The notes: generated by a model from the sequence alone, not told the origin. A DNA stretch of 64,000 bases from Bradyrhizobium sp. (GCF_047605465.1 NZ_JASGFS010000012.1:22214-86213), one strand, 5' to 3'. Positions 9,120 through 18,411 are shown, numbered from the stretch's first letter. Program-made: numbers and translations.

Positions 9120-9131
9120 TGAAACGTTTCC
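9120..9131. promoter_or_regulatory. LacI-family-type operator candidate, site 2 (TGAAACGTTTCC)
   Basis: It has the same palindromic core, 110 bp upstream of the ABC-operon start at 9242. It lies just downstream of a TTGACA hexamer at 9088..9093, which is followed 17-18 nt later by only a weak -10-like gtactgc. The centre-to-centre distance to site 1 is exactly 200 bp. Confidence 0.5.
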
Positions 9132-9241
9132 AATCTGGCTTGGAGAAACGTGTATAGCTGCGGCCTCAGGGAGGTCCGCTGCGGGGAGTCTTGCGCGCGT
9201 GACGGCAATCGTCGGCGCCAATCAGAAACGAAAGGTGGAAA

Positions 9242-10426
9242 ATGAAGCTCTGTATTTCGTCGCGCTTTGCGATCGGCGCCAGCGTGTGTGCTCTGGCCCT
9301 CGGTGCCCTGGGCTCCGGCGCATTCGGCTGCGAAGTGACGATCGGCGCGACCGGTCCTCTGTCCGGTGCAGCCACTCAATGGGGCCTGGCGATCAAGGGC
9401 GCGGCCGACTTCGCTGCAGCCGAAGCCAATCGCGACGGCGGCGTCATGGTCGGCGGCCAGCGCTGCACGGTGAAGGTCATCGCGATCGACGCGAAATACA
9501 CCGCTGAAGGTGCTGCCGCTGCGGCGAACAATTTCGTCAGCCAGAACGTGAAGTTCATTCTCGGTCCGATCGGTTCGCCGGAAGTGACCGGCATGAAGCC
9601 CGTCGCGACCCGCAACAAGATGCTGATGATGAGCGACAGCTATGCAAAGGACGCGATCGGACCGCGCTGGCCCTACACGTTCCACGTGGGACCGGGGCCG
9701 CTCGCCTGGGGCGATCCGATCGTCAAGCTCGCCAAGGAAAAGTTCGGCATCAAGAAGGTGCTGACGATCGCGCCGAACGATCAGGCCGGAACGGACGTCG
9801 CCGAGGCCGCGATCAGCGTCTACAAGAAGAACGGGGTCGACGCGACGCCGGAATACTACCAGCGCGGCACGACGAACTTCGCTCCGATCGTCGCGCGCAT
9901 CATCAATGCCAATCCGGACGTGCTCGATACGGTCTCGACTCCGCCGGGAGACGCCGGAATCATCATCAAGCAGCTGCGCCAGGCTGGATTCAACGGTGCG
10001 ATCGGTCGCCTCGGCGGCCCGGGCACCGAGGAGATCCTGCGCATCGCCGGCGGTAAGGATGTGGTCAAGAACTTCTACTGGTTCGAGCCCGTCTTCATCG
10101 ACGAGAACGTCAAGAAGCTCGGCGACGAATATCGCCAGCTGCTCGGTTCGGCGCCGCCCGAGAACAACTTCTTCTATCTCTTCGCGGCGGGCGGCCGGGC
10201 CATGCTCAGGGCCATCACGGACGCTGGCTCAACCGACGACGTCGAGAAGGTGGCGGCTTCGCTTCGCAAGCTGAACGTCGACGACCCAAATCTCGGCAAG
10301 GGCCGCTGGATCGGGCAGGAGGCTTACGGGATCAACCAGGAACTGTCGCTGCCGTTCGGCGTCGGCCTGCTGATCGACGGCAAGGACCAGCCGCTGGTCC
10401 GCATCGAAGCACCCGACGGGAAGTAA
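9242..10426 (+). CDS. ABC transporter substrate-binding protein, LivK/Peripla_BP_6 (HAAT family) type
   Basis: N-terminal signal peptide (MKLCISSRFAIGASVCALALGALGSGAFG) and type-1 periplasmic binding fold signatures (IGATGPLSGAA..., KFILGPIGSPE, NFAPIVARIINANPDV). Confidence 0.85.
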   Translation: MKLCISSRFAIGASVCALALGALGSGAFGCEVTIGATGPLSGAATQWGLAIKGAADFAAAEANRDGGVMVGGQRCTVKVIAIDAKYTAEGAAAAANNFVSQNVKFILGPIGSPEVTGMKPVATRNKMLMMSDSYAKDAIGPRWPYTFHVGPGPLAWGDPIVKLAKEKFGIKKVLTIAPNDQAGTDVAEAAISVYKKNGVDATPEYYQRGTTNFAPIVARIINANPDVLDTVSTPPGDAGIIIKQLRQAGFNGAIGRLGGPGTEEILRIAGGKDVVKNFYWFEPVFIDENVKKLGDEYRQLLGSAPPENNFFYLFAAGGRAMLRAITDAGSTDDVEKVAASLRKLNVDDPNLGKGRWIGQEAYGINQELSLPFGVGLLIDGKDQPLVRIEAPDGK

Positions 10427-10460
10427 GCGGTCGATCGAGCGCAACGTTAAGGAACTTGGG

Positions 10461-11327
10461 ATGGACGGCTTTATTTCCGCTGGCCTGATCGGGCTTTCGC
10501 TTGGAGCGCAATACGCGCTGCTTGCGCTCGGTTTCACCCTCATCTTCGGCATTCTGGGGGTGGTGAACTTCGCCCATGGCGGGTTCTACCTCCTCGGAGG
10601 CTACTTCGCGTACGCCTGCGTCGCGAAGCTCGGCTTTCCCTATCCCGTGGCGGTGCTCGCTGCCACGGTAGCGACCGCCGCGATCGGCTACGTGTTCCAG
10701 CTTCTTCTGCTGGACCGCGTGGCCGACGACCATTTGGCAACCCTGATCCTGACTCTGGGTCTGTACATGGTGATCGGCAGCGGCGTGCTGGTGACCTTCG
10801 GTCCCGACGCGCCGTTGTTCCAGTTTCCGGTCAGCGGGGCGCTTCGCTTCCACGGGCTGTACTTCCCGCTCGAAAACTTCATCGTCCTGATCGTCTGCAT
10901 CCTGGCGATCGCTGCGACCTACTATTTCATCTACAAGACCAATCTCGGCAGAAACCTGCGGGCTCTGGCCGAGGATCGCACGGTGGCGGTGGCGCTCGGC
11001 GTCAAGGCCCGGCTGCTCTTTCCGATGGCGTTCGCCATCTCGGTCGGGCTGGCCGGCATGACCGGCGCGCTGGTCACGCCGATCCTGTCGCTGACGCCGC
11101 ATGTCGGTGATCCCGTGCTCGCGATGTCCTTCCTGGTCGTCATTCTCGGCGGCCTCGGAAGCATCGCCGGAGCGACGGTCGCCGCGTTCTGCGTCGGAAT
11201 CATCGAAGCCTATTCGGCGGTCTATGTCGGCGGCTCGAAGGGTGCGCTCGCGCTGTTCGTGCTGGTCCTGATCGTGCTGGTGGTGAAGCCGACCGGACTC
11301 TTCGGCCGCGAGACCCGGGGAGCATGA
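10461..11327 (+). CDS. Branched-chain-amino-acid-type ABC permease (LivH-like)
   Basis: Polytopic membrane protein with FTLIFGILGVVNFAHGGFYLLGGY and RALAEDRTVAVALGV motifs. Its stop overlaps the next start (ATGA). Confidence 0.9.
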   Translation: MDGFISAGLIGLSLGAQYALLALGFTLIFGILGVVNFAHGGFYLLGGYFAYACVAKLGFPYPVAVLAATVATAAIGYVFQLLLLDRVADDHLATLILTLGLYMVIGSGVLVTFGPDAPLFQFPVSGALRFHGLYFPLENFIVLIVCILAIAATYYFIYKTNLGRNLRALAEDRTVAVALGVKARLLFPMAFAISVGLAGMTGALVTPILSLTPHVGDPVLAMSFLVVILGGLGSIAGATVAAFCVGIIEAYSAVYVGGSKGALALFVLVLIVLVVKPTGLFGRETRGA

Positions 11328-12325
11328 TGGTGAAAGACAAATCCCTGATCGATCGCATCGGCGGGAACGAAATCGTGTCCCTGCTGCTGGTTGCGGCGGC
11401 GCTGCTGGTGCCGGTCTATGCGACCAACGCCGCGGTCATCTCCCTCTTTACGCAGATCCTGATCGCGCTGATGGGCGCGCTCAGCGTCTACATCATGCTG
11501 CGCATGGACCTCATGAGCTTCGCGGTGCCGGCCTTCATGGCGATCGGCGGCTATGCGGTGGCCATCGTCAGCGCAAGGTACGACGTGACGGACGTGTTCG
11601 CGCTTGCCGCCGTCAGCCTCCTCGTTCCGATGTTGATCGCTCTTCCGATCGGCGCGTTGATCCTTCGCCTGAGAGGCGTCTATTTCGTTCTGGTGACGTT
11701 CGTCATCGCCGAGATCATGCCGCTGCTGCTGTTCGAAACGCCGACCCTCACGGGTGGATCGAACGGAATCTCGGGCCTTCCTCCCGTGGTCTTCTTCGGC
11801 ATGCCGATCGAGGACAACAACAAGATCCTGCTGATGACGACCGTTCTCGCGGTCGTCGCGGTGCTCGGCACGATCGGGCTCACCCGATATTACCGGCATC
11901 AGTTCGACGCGATCAAAGAGAACGAGCTGCTCGCGCAGAGTCTCGGGCTGACGATATGGCGCTACAAGGTCATCGGCTTCTGCGCAGCCGCGGGCCTGGC
12001 CGGTCTCGGCGGCTTCTGCCTGGTCGAGATGCTGATCACCGCGCATCCAAGCTCGTTCCAGGCGATTTCCTCGGTTAACTACGTCGCTTACACCGTCGTC
12101 GGCGGCCAGGGAGCGCTGCTGGGCGCGGTCGTGGGCTCGGCGCTGCTGGTCTGGGCGTCCAACCTGTTCAGCCTTCAAGGCGAGTTTTCTCAGGGCCTGT
12201 TCGGCATTCTGCTGATGCTGGCGGTTCTCTTTGCCAAGGGCGGCTTGATCGGCAGCCTGCAGGGGATCCTTGCCCGAAGCCGCAAGTTCGCGCCGGCGGC
12301 ACGCAGCCAGGGAGCCGAGGCATGA
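11324..12325 (+). CDS. Branched-chain-amino-acid-type ABC permease (LivM-like)
   Basis: Polytopic membrane protein. LRLRGVYFVLVTFVIAEI and TGGSNGISGLP are typical of LivM. It is translationally coupled on both sides. Confidence 0.9.
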   Translation: MMVKDKSLIDRIGGNEIVSLLLVAAALLVPVYATNAAVISLFTQILIALMGALSVYIMLRMDLMSFAVPAFMAIGGYAVAIVSARYDVTDVFALAAVSLLVPMLIALPIGALILRLRGVYFVLVTFVIAEIMPLLLFETPTLTGGSNGISGLPPVVFFGMPIEDNNKILLMTTVLAVVAVLGTIGLTRYYRHQFDAIKENELLAQSLGLTIWRYKVIGFCAAAGLAGLGGFCLVEMLITAHPSSFQAISSVNYVAYTVVGGQGALLGAVVGSALLVWASNLFSLQGEFSQGLFGILLMLAVLFAKGGLIGSLQGILARSRKFAPAARSQGAEA

Positions 12326-13071
12326 CGCAGCCCGTAACTCTCGAGATCAAGAACGCATCCAAGCGGTTTGGCGGCAACAGCGTTTTCCGCGACATCAGCC
12401 TGTCGCTCGAGCCGGGAACGGTGAAGGGCGTGATCGGGCCGAACGGCGCCGGCAAGACGACGCTGATCAACATCATGTCCGGCCAGCTCGCCCCGAGCGA
12501 TGGCAGCATCCTGCTCGGGGGCAAGGATATCACCGCCTTGCCGCTGCACCGGCGCAGCCAGCTCGGCATCGTGCGTAGCTTCCAGCAGACGAAGACGTTC
12601 AAGACGGCAACGGTCGCCGAAAACTTCGAGCGGGCCAGCCTGTTCAGCCAGGGCAGGGTGTCCTCGATCGAGGGCTATGTCCGTGACCTGATCGCCAAAT
12701 GCGGCCTCACCAACCGGCTCGACCAGAACAGCGATACACTGCCGTATGGCATGCAGAAGATGCTCGGCCTGCTGATGACCGTGATCACGGGACCGAAGAC
12801 GCTCCTGCTGGACGAGCCGGCGGCTGGCCTCGAGAAGCAGGAACGCCATCTCATCGACGAGGTCGTGCAATCCGCATGCGCCAATTTGGGTTGCGGAGTC
12901 CTGATCGTCGAGCACGACATGGAGCTCATCAAGCGGCTGTGTCCTTACGTCTACGTGCTCGATCGCGGCACGATCATCGCGCATGGCGATCCCGCGACTG
13001 TTCTGAGGCGCAAGGACGTGATCGAGGCCTATCTCGGTACGGCCGAGGAGGGGGAGAGCCTCGATGCTTAA
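12322..13071 (+). CDS. ABC transporter ATP-binding protein (LivG-like)
   Basis: Walker A GPNGAGKTT, signature-like LPYGMQKMLGL, Walker B LLLDEPAAGL, H-loop IVEHDM, C-terminal EAYLG. Confidence 0.9.
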   Translation: MTQPVTLEIKNASKRFGGNSVFRDISLSLEPGTVKGVIGPNGAGKTTLINIMSGQLAPSDGSILLGGKDITALPLHRRSQLGIVRSFQQTKTFKTATVAENFERASLFSQGRVSSIEGYVRDLIAKCGLTNRLDQNSDTLPYGMQKMLGLLMTVITGPKTLLLDEPAAGLEKQERHLIDEVVQSACANLGCGVLIVEHDMELIKRLCPYVYVLDRGTIIAHGDPATVLRRKDVIEAYLGTAEEGESLDA

Positions 13072-13756
13072 GATCAAGGATCTCGTCGTCCGCTATGGCG
13101 GCATCACCGCGCTCGACCGCGTCTCCGCCGAGGTCGGCAAGGGCGAGACGGTCATCCTGCTTGGCGCAAACGGGGCGGGGAAGTCGAGCCTGATCAACTC
13201 CATCATCGGCGTCGTTCCTTCGGCCGCCGGCGTGATCCAGCTCGACGATCGGACCATCAGCCAGTCGCCCGCTTCGAGCCGGGCCGGGTTCGGCATCGGA
13301 TATTCGCCGGAAGGCCGTCGCGTCTTCCCGACCATGACCGTGCGCGACAATGTGCTGGTCGGGGCTGCGCGTCTGGGCCGGGCGGCCCAGGCCGAAGCCT
13401 ATGGCAGGCTGGCGGCGCTGTTTCCCATGCTCGAAGGCCGCGCCAACGATCTCGCAGGTCACCTCAGTGGGGGACAACAGCAGATCGTGGCGATCGCGCG
13501 CGCGATGAGCGCGTCTCCGCGCCTGCTGTTGCTGGACGAGCCTTTCCTCGGCCTGGCTCCGGTCTGGATCCAGCAGATCAGCTCGGCGATCCGCCACTTC
13601 GCCGCGGCCGGCACGACCATCCTAATGACGGAGCAGATGGCCATTCCGGCGCTGAAGGTCGCGACGCGCGGCTATGTCATGCGGGGCGGCCAGATCATCC
13701 GCGGCGGCACCGTCGATGACATCAAGGAATCGGCTCTCACGGAGGATTACCTCTAA
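13064..13756 (+). CDS. ABC transporter ATP-binding protein (LivF-like)
   Basis: Walker A GANGAGKSS, signature LSGGQQQIVAIARA, Walker B LLLLDEPFLGLAP. Confidence 0.9.
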   Translation: MLKIKDLVVRYGGITALDRVSAEVGKGETVILLGANGAGKSSLINSIIGVVPSAAGVIQLDDRTISQSPASSRAGFGIGYSPEGRRVFPTMTVRDNVLVGAARLGRAAQAEAYGRLAALFPMLEGRANDLAGHLSGGQQQIVAIARAMSASPRLLLLDEPFLGLAPVWIQQISSAIRHFAAAGTTILMTEQMAIPALKVATRGYVMRGGQIIRGGTVDDIKESALTEDYL

Positions 13757-14637
13757 TGGCAAAGCCCGACGCTGGCCAACATCCGGAGCCGCAGTACCGG
13801 CTCTATGCGATCCACTATGCATCCAGCAATCCGGACCGGTCGGCCGACCACAATTTCATGTCCCGCGTCGACTTCCACGACATGCCGATGCCGCTGGATT
13901 TCTTCGTGTGGGTCGCCATCGGGGAAGGGCGCGTCATCCTGATCGACACCGGCGCCGAAGAGCACATCTGCCGCACGCGCGGCCATAACTACATGCGCTC
14001 CCCGGCCGATGGATTGGCCGCCCTCGGCCATGCGCCGGAGGACGTGACGGACGTTGTCGTGACGCACATGCACTGGGATCACCTTGGGCATCTGGCGCAG
14101 TTTCCCAATTCCCGCATTCACGTCCACAAGCAGGAGATGTCGCACGCCACCGGCTGCGCCATGTGTCACGAACAGCTCCGCCGCCCCTACGACGTGACGC
14201 AGGTGTGCAGCCTCATCGTTGCCCTCTACGGTGGACGGGTCTCGTTCACCGAGGAGAGCGCGGAGATCGCGCCGGGCGTGTCGGTGCGCCATGTCGGCGG
14301 GCACGCTCCCGGCCTTCAGGTTGCCCAAGTGCGCACGAAGCGCGGGAAGGTCCTGGTGGCATCCGATGCGATGCACTACTTCGCGAACTCCATCCTGACC
14401 AATCCCTATCCGGTGGTCGTCAACGTTCAGGAATATCTGGACGGTCTGGTCCAGGTCGAAAAGCTCGCGGATGGACCGGATCACGTCGTTCCGGGTCACG
14501 ACCCGCTCGTCAAGTCGATGTACCCGGCGCTGGAGAAGGCGCCGTACATCTTCGACCTCGGCGTTCCTCCGCGCGTCCCGCGGCCGCTCACCGTCTCCGG
14601 GTTCGTCGGCGCCTACGGGCCATCGAAACAAGCCTGA
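13756..14637 (+). CDS. MBL-fold metallo-hydrolase, N-acyl-homoserine-lactonase family-like
   Basis: HxHxDH zinc motif (VVTHMHWDHLGH), upstream VILIDTG, and downstream His/Asp ligand candidates (RHVGGHAPG, VASDAMHY, VPGHDP). The start overlaps the LivF-like stop by 1 nt (TAATG). Confidence 0.8.
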   Translation: MAKPDAGQHPEPQYRLYAIHYASSNPDRSADHNFMSRVDFHDMPMPLDFFVWVAIGEGRVILIDTGAEEHICRTRGHNYMRSPADGLAALGHAPEDVTDVVVTHMHWDHLGHLAQFPNSRIHVHKQEMSHATGCAMCHEQLRRPYDVTQVCSLIVALYGGRVSFTEESAEIAPGVSVRHVGGHAPGLQVAQVRTKRGKVLVASDAMHYFANSILTNPYPVVVNVQEYLDGLVQVEKLADGPDHVVPGHDPLVKSMYPALEKAPYIFDLGVPPRVPRPLTVSGFVGAYGPSKQA

Positions 14638-14668
14638 ATTAATCTCCAAGCAGCGTCACAGGTCTAAA

Positions 14669-16096
14669 ATGCAGGATTACGATCGTCTGGGACTTCAGCT
14701 CATCGATGGCGAATGGTTGGAGTCGGAGTCCAAGTTTCCCGTGCTCGACAAGTTCTCGGGGCGGGAATTCGCGCGCGTCCATTCCGCGACGCGCGAACAG
14801 GTCGCGCACGCGGTCAAGGTCGCCAAGCGCGCCGCCGACGCTGGCTGTCCGGCACCTTACGAGCGGGCGCGGGCCTTGTACGAGGCGTCGCGCCTGATCC
14901 ATGCCCACAAAGAGCAGTTCGTCGACCTGATGGTCGCGGAAGCCGGCTTCACGATCGCGGACGCCGGCGGCGAAGTCGATCGTGCCAAGGTGACGCTCGA
15001 ACTGTCCGCCGAAGTGGCGAAGAACATCGTCGGCAGCGTCGTGCCGTTCGGCGCGAGCCCGGGCGCCGAGCGCAGGATCGGCTTCACCGTCCGCGATCCC
15101 GTCGGTGTCGTCTGCGCGATCACGCCGTTCAATTCGCCACTGAACACGGTGCTTCACAAGATCGGCCCGTCGTTCGCGGCCGGAAATGCCACCGTCCTGA
15201 AGCCGTCTTCGGAGACGCCGCTGACGGCGGGGCTGCTCGGCAAATTGCTGCTGCAGGCGGGCATGCCGAAGGACTTCCTCAGCGTCATCCAGGGGCCGGG
15301 GACCGTCGGCGAATGGCTGCTCGCAGAACAGGACATCGGGTTCTACACCTTCACCGGAAGCACCCGCGTCGGCCGTTACATCCAGGATCATGCCGGCCTT
15401 CGCCGGACGCAGATGGAACTGGGCAGCATCGCCAGCACCATCCTGTGCGCGGACGGAGATCTGTCCAACGCGATCCCGAAGACCGCCAATGCGGGTCTTC
15501 GCAAGGCGGGCCAGGTCTGTACGTCGGTCCAGCGCCTCTATGTCCAGGACTCGATCTATGACGAGACCCTTGAGCGGCTCGTCAAGGAAGCCCGTGCACT
15601 GAAGAGCGGCGACCCCCGGGATCCCGCGACACGTGTCGGTCCGTTGATCTCGGAGCGCGCGGCGCAGCGCGGCGAGCAGTGGATCAAGGATGCCGTGGAC
15701 GCGGGCGCACGGCTCGTATGCGGCGGCAAGCGCGACGGCCGCGTACTCGAGCCGACCATCCTCGCCGACGTGCCGGAAGCCTGCTCCGCCTGGTGCCAGG
15801 AGGCATTCGCGCCGCTGCTGGTGCTGCGGCGGTTCTCCCGCTTTGAGGAGGCGCTCGAAAGCGCCAACGACACGCCATACGGCCTGTCGGTCGGCGTCTT
15901 CACCCGTGACATCACGACGGCGCTGACGGCGGTCAGGAAGTTCCGTTTCGGGACGGTGCAGATCAACGAGACATCGAGCGCGCGGGCGGACGTGATGCCG
16001 TTCGGAGGCGTGAAGGAGAGCGGTTTCGGCAAGGAAGGACCGGCCTATGCCGCGCTCGAAATGACGGTGGAGCGCCTCATCGTGCTCAATCCCTGA
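14669..16096 (+). CDS. NAD(P)+-dependent aldehyde dehydrogenase
   Basis: ITPFNSP, FTGSTRVG, MELGSIAS, KAGQVCTSVQR (catalytic Cys), EAFAP, PFGGVKESGFGKEG. I chose the start at ATG 14669 (MQDYDRLGLQLIDGEW). The listed ORF (from 14471) overlaps the previous gene in another frame. Confidence 0.9.
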   Translation: MQDYDRLGLQLIDGEWLESESKFPVLDKFSGREFARVHSATREQVAHAVKVAKRAADAGCPAPYERARALYEASRLIHAHKEQFVDLMVAEAGFTIADAGGEVDRAKVTLELSAEVAKNIVGSVVPFGASPGAERRIGFTVRDPVGVVCAITPFNSPLNTVLHKIGPSFAAGNATVLKPSSETPLTAGLLGKLLLQAGMPKDFLSVIQGPGTVGEWLLAEQDIGFYTFTGSTRVGRYIQDHAGLRRTQMELGSIASTILCADGDLSNAIPKTANAGLRKAGQVCTSVQRLYVQDSIYDETLERLVKEARALKSGDPRDPATRVGPLISERAAQRGEQWIKDAVDAGARLVCGGKRDGRVLEPTILADVPEACSAWCQEAFAPLLVLRRFSRFEEALESANDTPYGLSVGVFTRDITTALTAVRKFRFGTVQINETSSARADVMPFGGVKESGFGKEGPAYAALEMTVERLIVLNP

Positions 16097-16138
16097 GCCG
16101 ACCGAAGCCGCAAGACCGAACACAGGACCATTCCGACA

Positions 16139-17296
16139 ATGCAAACGATCTCGAGTTACTTCTGTCCGACCCGCGTCTACATGGGCGCCGGAAGCCATCG
16201 ACAGTTGCCCGAATTCCTCCGCGAATACGATTGCAAGCGCCTGTTCCTGGTCATGGATGGCGCGCTGAAGAGCACCGATTTCGCGAAGTCCGTTCTTGCG
16301 CTCCTCGCCGAGAGCAAGATCGAGGTGTCGACCTTCACCGAGATCGAGCCGGATCCGAGCGCCGGCACCGTGGAGAAGGCCTTCGCGCAGTGCCAGGGCA
16401 GCAAGGCGACCACGATCCTGGCCATCGGTGGCGGCAGCACGATCGACGTCGCCAAGGCCGTCGGCATCCTGAGCACCAATGGCGGCCGCATCCATGACTA
16501 CGAGGGGATCGAGAAGTTCAAGACCCCGCCATTGCCGCTGATCGCGATTCCGACCACCGCCGGAACGGGCTCGGAAGTGTCCGGGTCCTGCGTGATCACG
16601 GATACCGAACGCGAACTGAAAATGTCGATCCGGCATGCTTCGCTGAATCCGGCCCGCATCGCGATCCTCGATCCGTCCGCCTTGCGTACGATCCCGCCGA
16701 CGGTGGCCTGCCACGCGGGCGTGGATGCATTCGTGCACGCCTTCGAGTCCTTCATCTCGCGCAACGCCAATCCGTTCACGGATGCGGTGAACATCGAGGC
16801 GATCCGGTTGCTGTCCGCGAACCTGCGGCCGTTTGTCGCCAATCCCGCTAACGAGACGGCCGCGCTCAACATGCTCTGCGGCTCCGCGCTTGCCGGCATG
16901 GCCTTCGGACAGACCGGCCTCGGCAACGTTCATTGCATGTCGAGGTTCGTCGGAGCCCGCTTCCACCTGTCCCACGGACTCTCGAACGCGCTCTGCCTGC
17001 CCACGGTCGCGCGCTTCAACATGATCGCGAATCCCCAAAAATATGCGCGCGTAGCCGAAGCGATGGGCTACGACGTGTTCGGTCTTCCGGAGATCGAGGC
17101 GGCGCGGATCGCCGTGGAGCAGATCGGCGAAATGTGCGCTGATCTCGGGATTCCGGCGCGGCTCCGGGACGCCGGCGTGACCGAAGACAGCCTCGAAGAA
17201 ATGGCCAGGCAGTGCACCGACGCCAACTACAATCGCTGGAATCCCCGGTTCACCAGCACGTCGGACTTCCTGGGACTTTTCCGGCAAGCCTATTGA
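16139..17296 (+). CDS. Iron-containing (group III) alcohol dehydrogenase
   Basis: ILAIGGGSTIDVAKAV, IAIPTTAGTGSEVS, and metal-ligand His motifs (HAGVDAFVHAFES, GNVHCMS...HLSHGLSNA). Confidence 0.9.
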   Translation: MQTISSYFCPTRVYMGAGSHRQLPEFLREYDCKRLFLVMDGALKSTDFAKSVLALLAESKIEVSTFTEIEPDPSAGTVEKAFAQCQGSKATTILAIGGGSTIDVAKAVGILSTNGGRIHDYEGIEKFKTPPLPLIAIPTTAGTGSEVSGSCVITDTERELKMSIRHASLNPARIAILDPSALRTIPPTVACHAGVDAFVHAFESFISRNANPFTDAVNIEAIRLLSANLRPFVANPANETAALNMLCGSALAGMAFGQTGLGNVHCMSRFVGARFHLSHGLSNALCLPTVARFNMIANPQKYARVAEAMGYDVFGLPEIEAARIAVEQIGEMCADLGIPARLRDAGVTEDSLEEMARQCTDANYNRWNPRFTSTSDFLGLFRQAY

Positions 17297-17358
17297 CAGG
17301 TGTCGTCGCCAACTAGCAATTCGTGGGTGCGAAGCCGGTTGCGACAGAAAGCTGAGTC

Positions 17359-18411
17359 GTGAACTCGAAGGACAAGTCTGGCGCCCAGGGCAAGCGGAAG
17401 CGCATTACGGCGCGAGACGTGGCCCGCAAGGCCAAGTGTGCGCTCGGGACCGTTTCCCGGGTCGTCAACGATGTGCCGGGCGTTTCTCCGGAGACGCGCC
17501 AGCGCGTGCTCGACGCGATGGAATCCCTCGGGTGGGTGCCGAACGTTGCTGCGCAGAGCATGCGCGGCATGTCCTCGCGGATGGTCGGGTTCATTTTCTC
17601 CGACATCCGCAATCCGCTCTATGCCGCCATGGTCAAGGGGGCGGAGGACGTCTTCAGCGCCAACGGCTTCCTGCTCGTCACGGCGACCAGCAACAGCGAA
17701 GCCGACCGCGAAATCGCCCTGATCGAGCTGTTTCGGCGCCGCCATGCCGATGCTTTGCTGTTCTCCATCACGCAGGAGAGCGACAAGCGCGTCGTCGAGG
17801 CGGTCGAGGCGTCGAAGCTGCCGATCGTGATGATCGAGCGCGATCTTCCGATCCCCGTCGATTCCGTCGGGGCCGATCATCTCAGCGGCACGCGCCATGC
17901 GACAGAGCACCTCATTCAGCTCGGGCATCGCCGGATCGCGATCATCAGCGGCGGCAAGGGCACGCGCGTGGCTCGCGATCGCTTGCTGGGCTTCAATCAG
18001 GCGATGCGCGCCGCGGGGCTGAAATCCGACGAGAGCCTGCTGCATCTCGAGAGCTTCGCGTCCGAATACGCCTACCGGAAAACCCAGTGGCTGCTGTCGC
18101 TCGACAAGCCGCCGACCGCGATCCTCGCGCTTGGAATGCGCTTGCTGCCCGGTGTGCTTGCCGCCGTGCGGGCCTGCGGTCTCTCCGTGCCTTCTGACAT
18201 TTCGATCATCGCGGGAAACGACAGCAATCTCGCCCAGATGATGACGCCGCCGGTCACGGCGATCCGCTACGACCCCGAAGCGCTCGGGCGCGAGGCCGCT
18301 CTCGCGATATTGGCGCAAGTCGAGAGCAGCTCGGGTTCGGCCTCTCCGCGGCGCCTGGAGATTCCAACCGAGCTGGTTCTGCGGGGATCCTGCGGCCCGC
18401 CCAAGAAGTAG
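17359..18411 (+). CDS. LacI family transcriptional regulator
   Basis: N-terminal HTH (ITARDVARKAKCALGTVSRVVND...VSPETRQRVLDAMESLGWVPNVAAQSMR) followed by a periplasmic-binding-like sugar-binding core. GTG start, last gene of the 9.2-18.4 kb same-strand array. Confidence 0.9.
   Translation: MNSKDKSGAQGKRKRITARDVARKAKCALGTVSRVVNDVPGVSPETRQRVLDAMESLGWVPNVAAQSMRGMSSRMVGFIFSDIRNPLYAAMVKGAEDVFSANGFLLVTATSNSEADREIALIELFRRRHADALLFSITQESDKRVVEAVEASKLPIVMIERDLPIPVDSVGADHLSGTRHATEHLIQLGHRRIAIISGGKGTRVARDRLLGFNQAMRAAGLKSDESLLHLESFASEYAYRKTQWLLSLDKPPTAILALGMRLLPGVLAAVRACGLSVPSDISIIAGNDSNLAQMMTPPVTAIRYDPEALGREAALAILAQVESSSGSASPRRLEIPTELVLRGSCGPPKK

Noticed and set aside
8964-9221. 85-aa minus-strand ORF and other small ORFs inside the 428-bp divergent control region.
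   Set aside because: I saw no ribosome-binding site or recognisable motifs. The region is better explained as promoter and operator DNA containing the two GAAACGTTTC sites.
9242-13756. Calling the five-gene importer a genuine branched-chain amino-acid (livKHMGF) system and assigning liv gene symbols.
   Set aside because: Family membership (HAAT) is clear, but HAAT systems also carry urea, amides, aromatic acids and other ligands. The operon context (lactonase/ADH/ALDH) argues against a simple amino-acid role, so I gave no gene symbols.
14639-17287. 882-aa ORF on the minus strand. Similar very long ORFs occur at 33535..35478(-), 44709..46886(+), 57741..59675(-), 30576..32453(+), 52257..54017(-), 55877..57235(-), 50680..52257(-), 61014..62447(+) and 42239..43411(+).
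   Set aside because: Their products are Arg/Ala/Gly/Pro/Asp-rich with no recognisable motifs. Each lies entirely antisense to, or out of frame with, genes that show clear family signatures. Long open antisense frames are expected in GC-rich DNA because stop codons are AT-rich.
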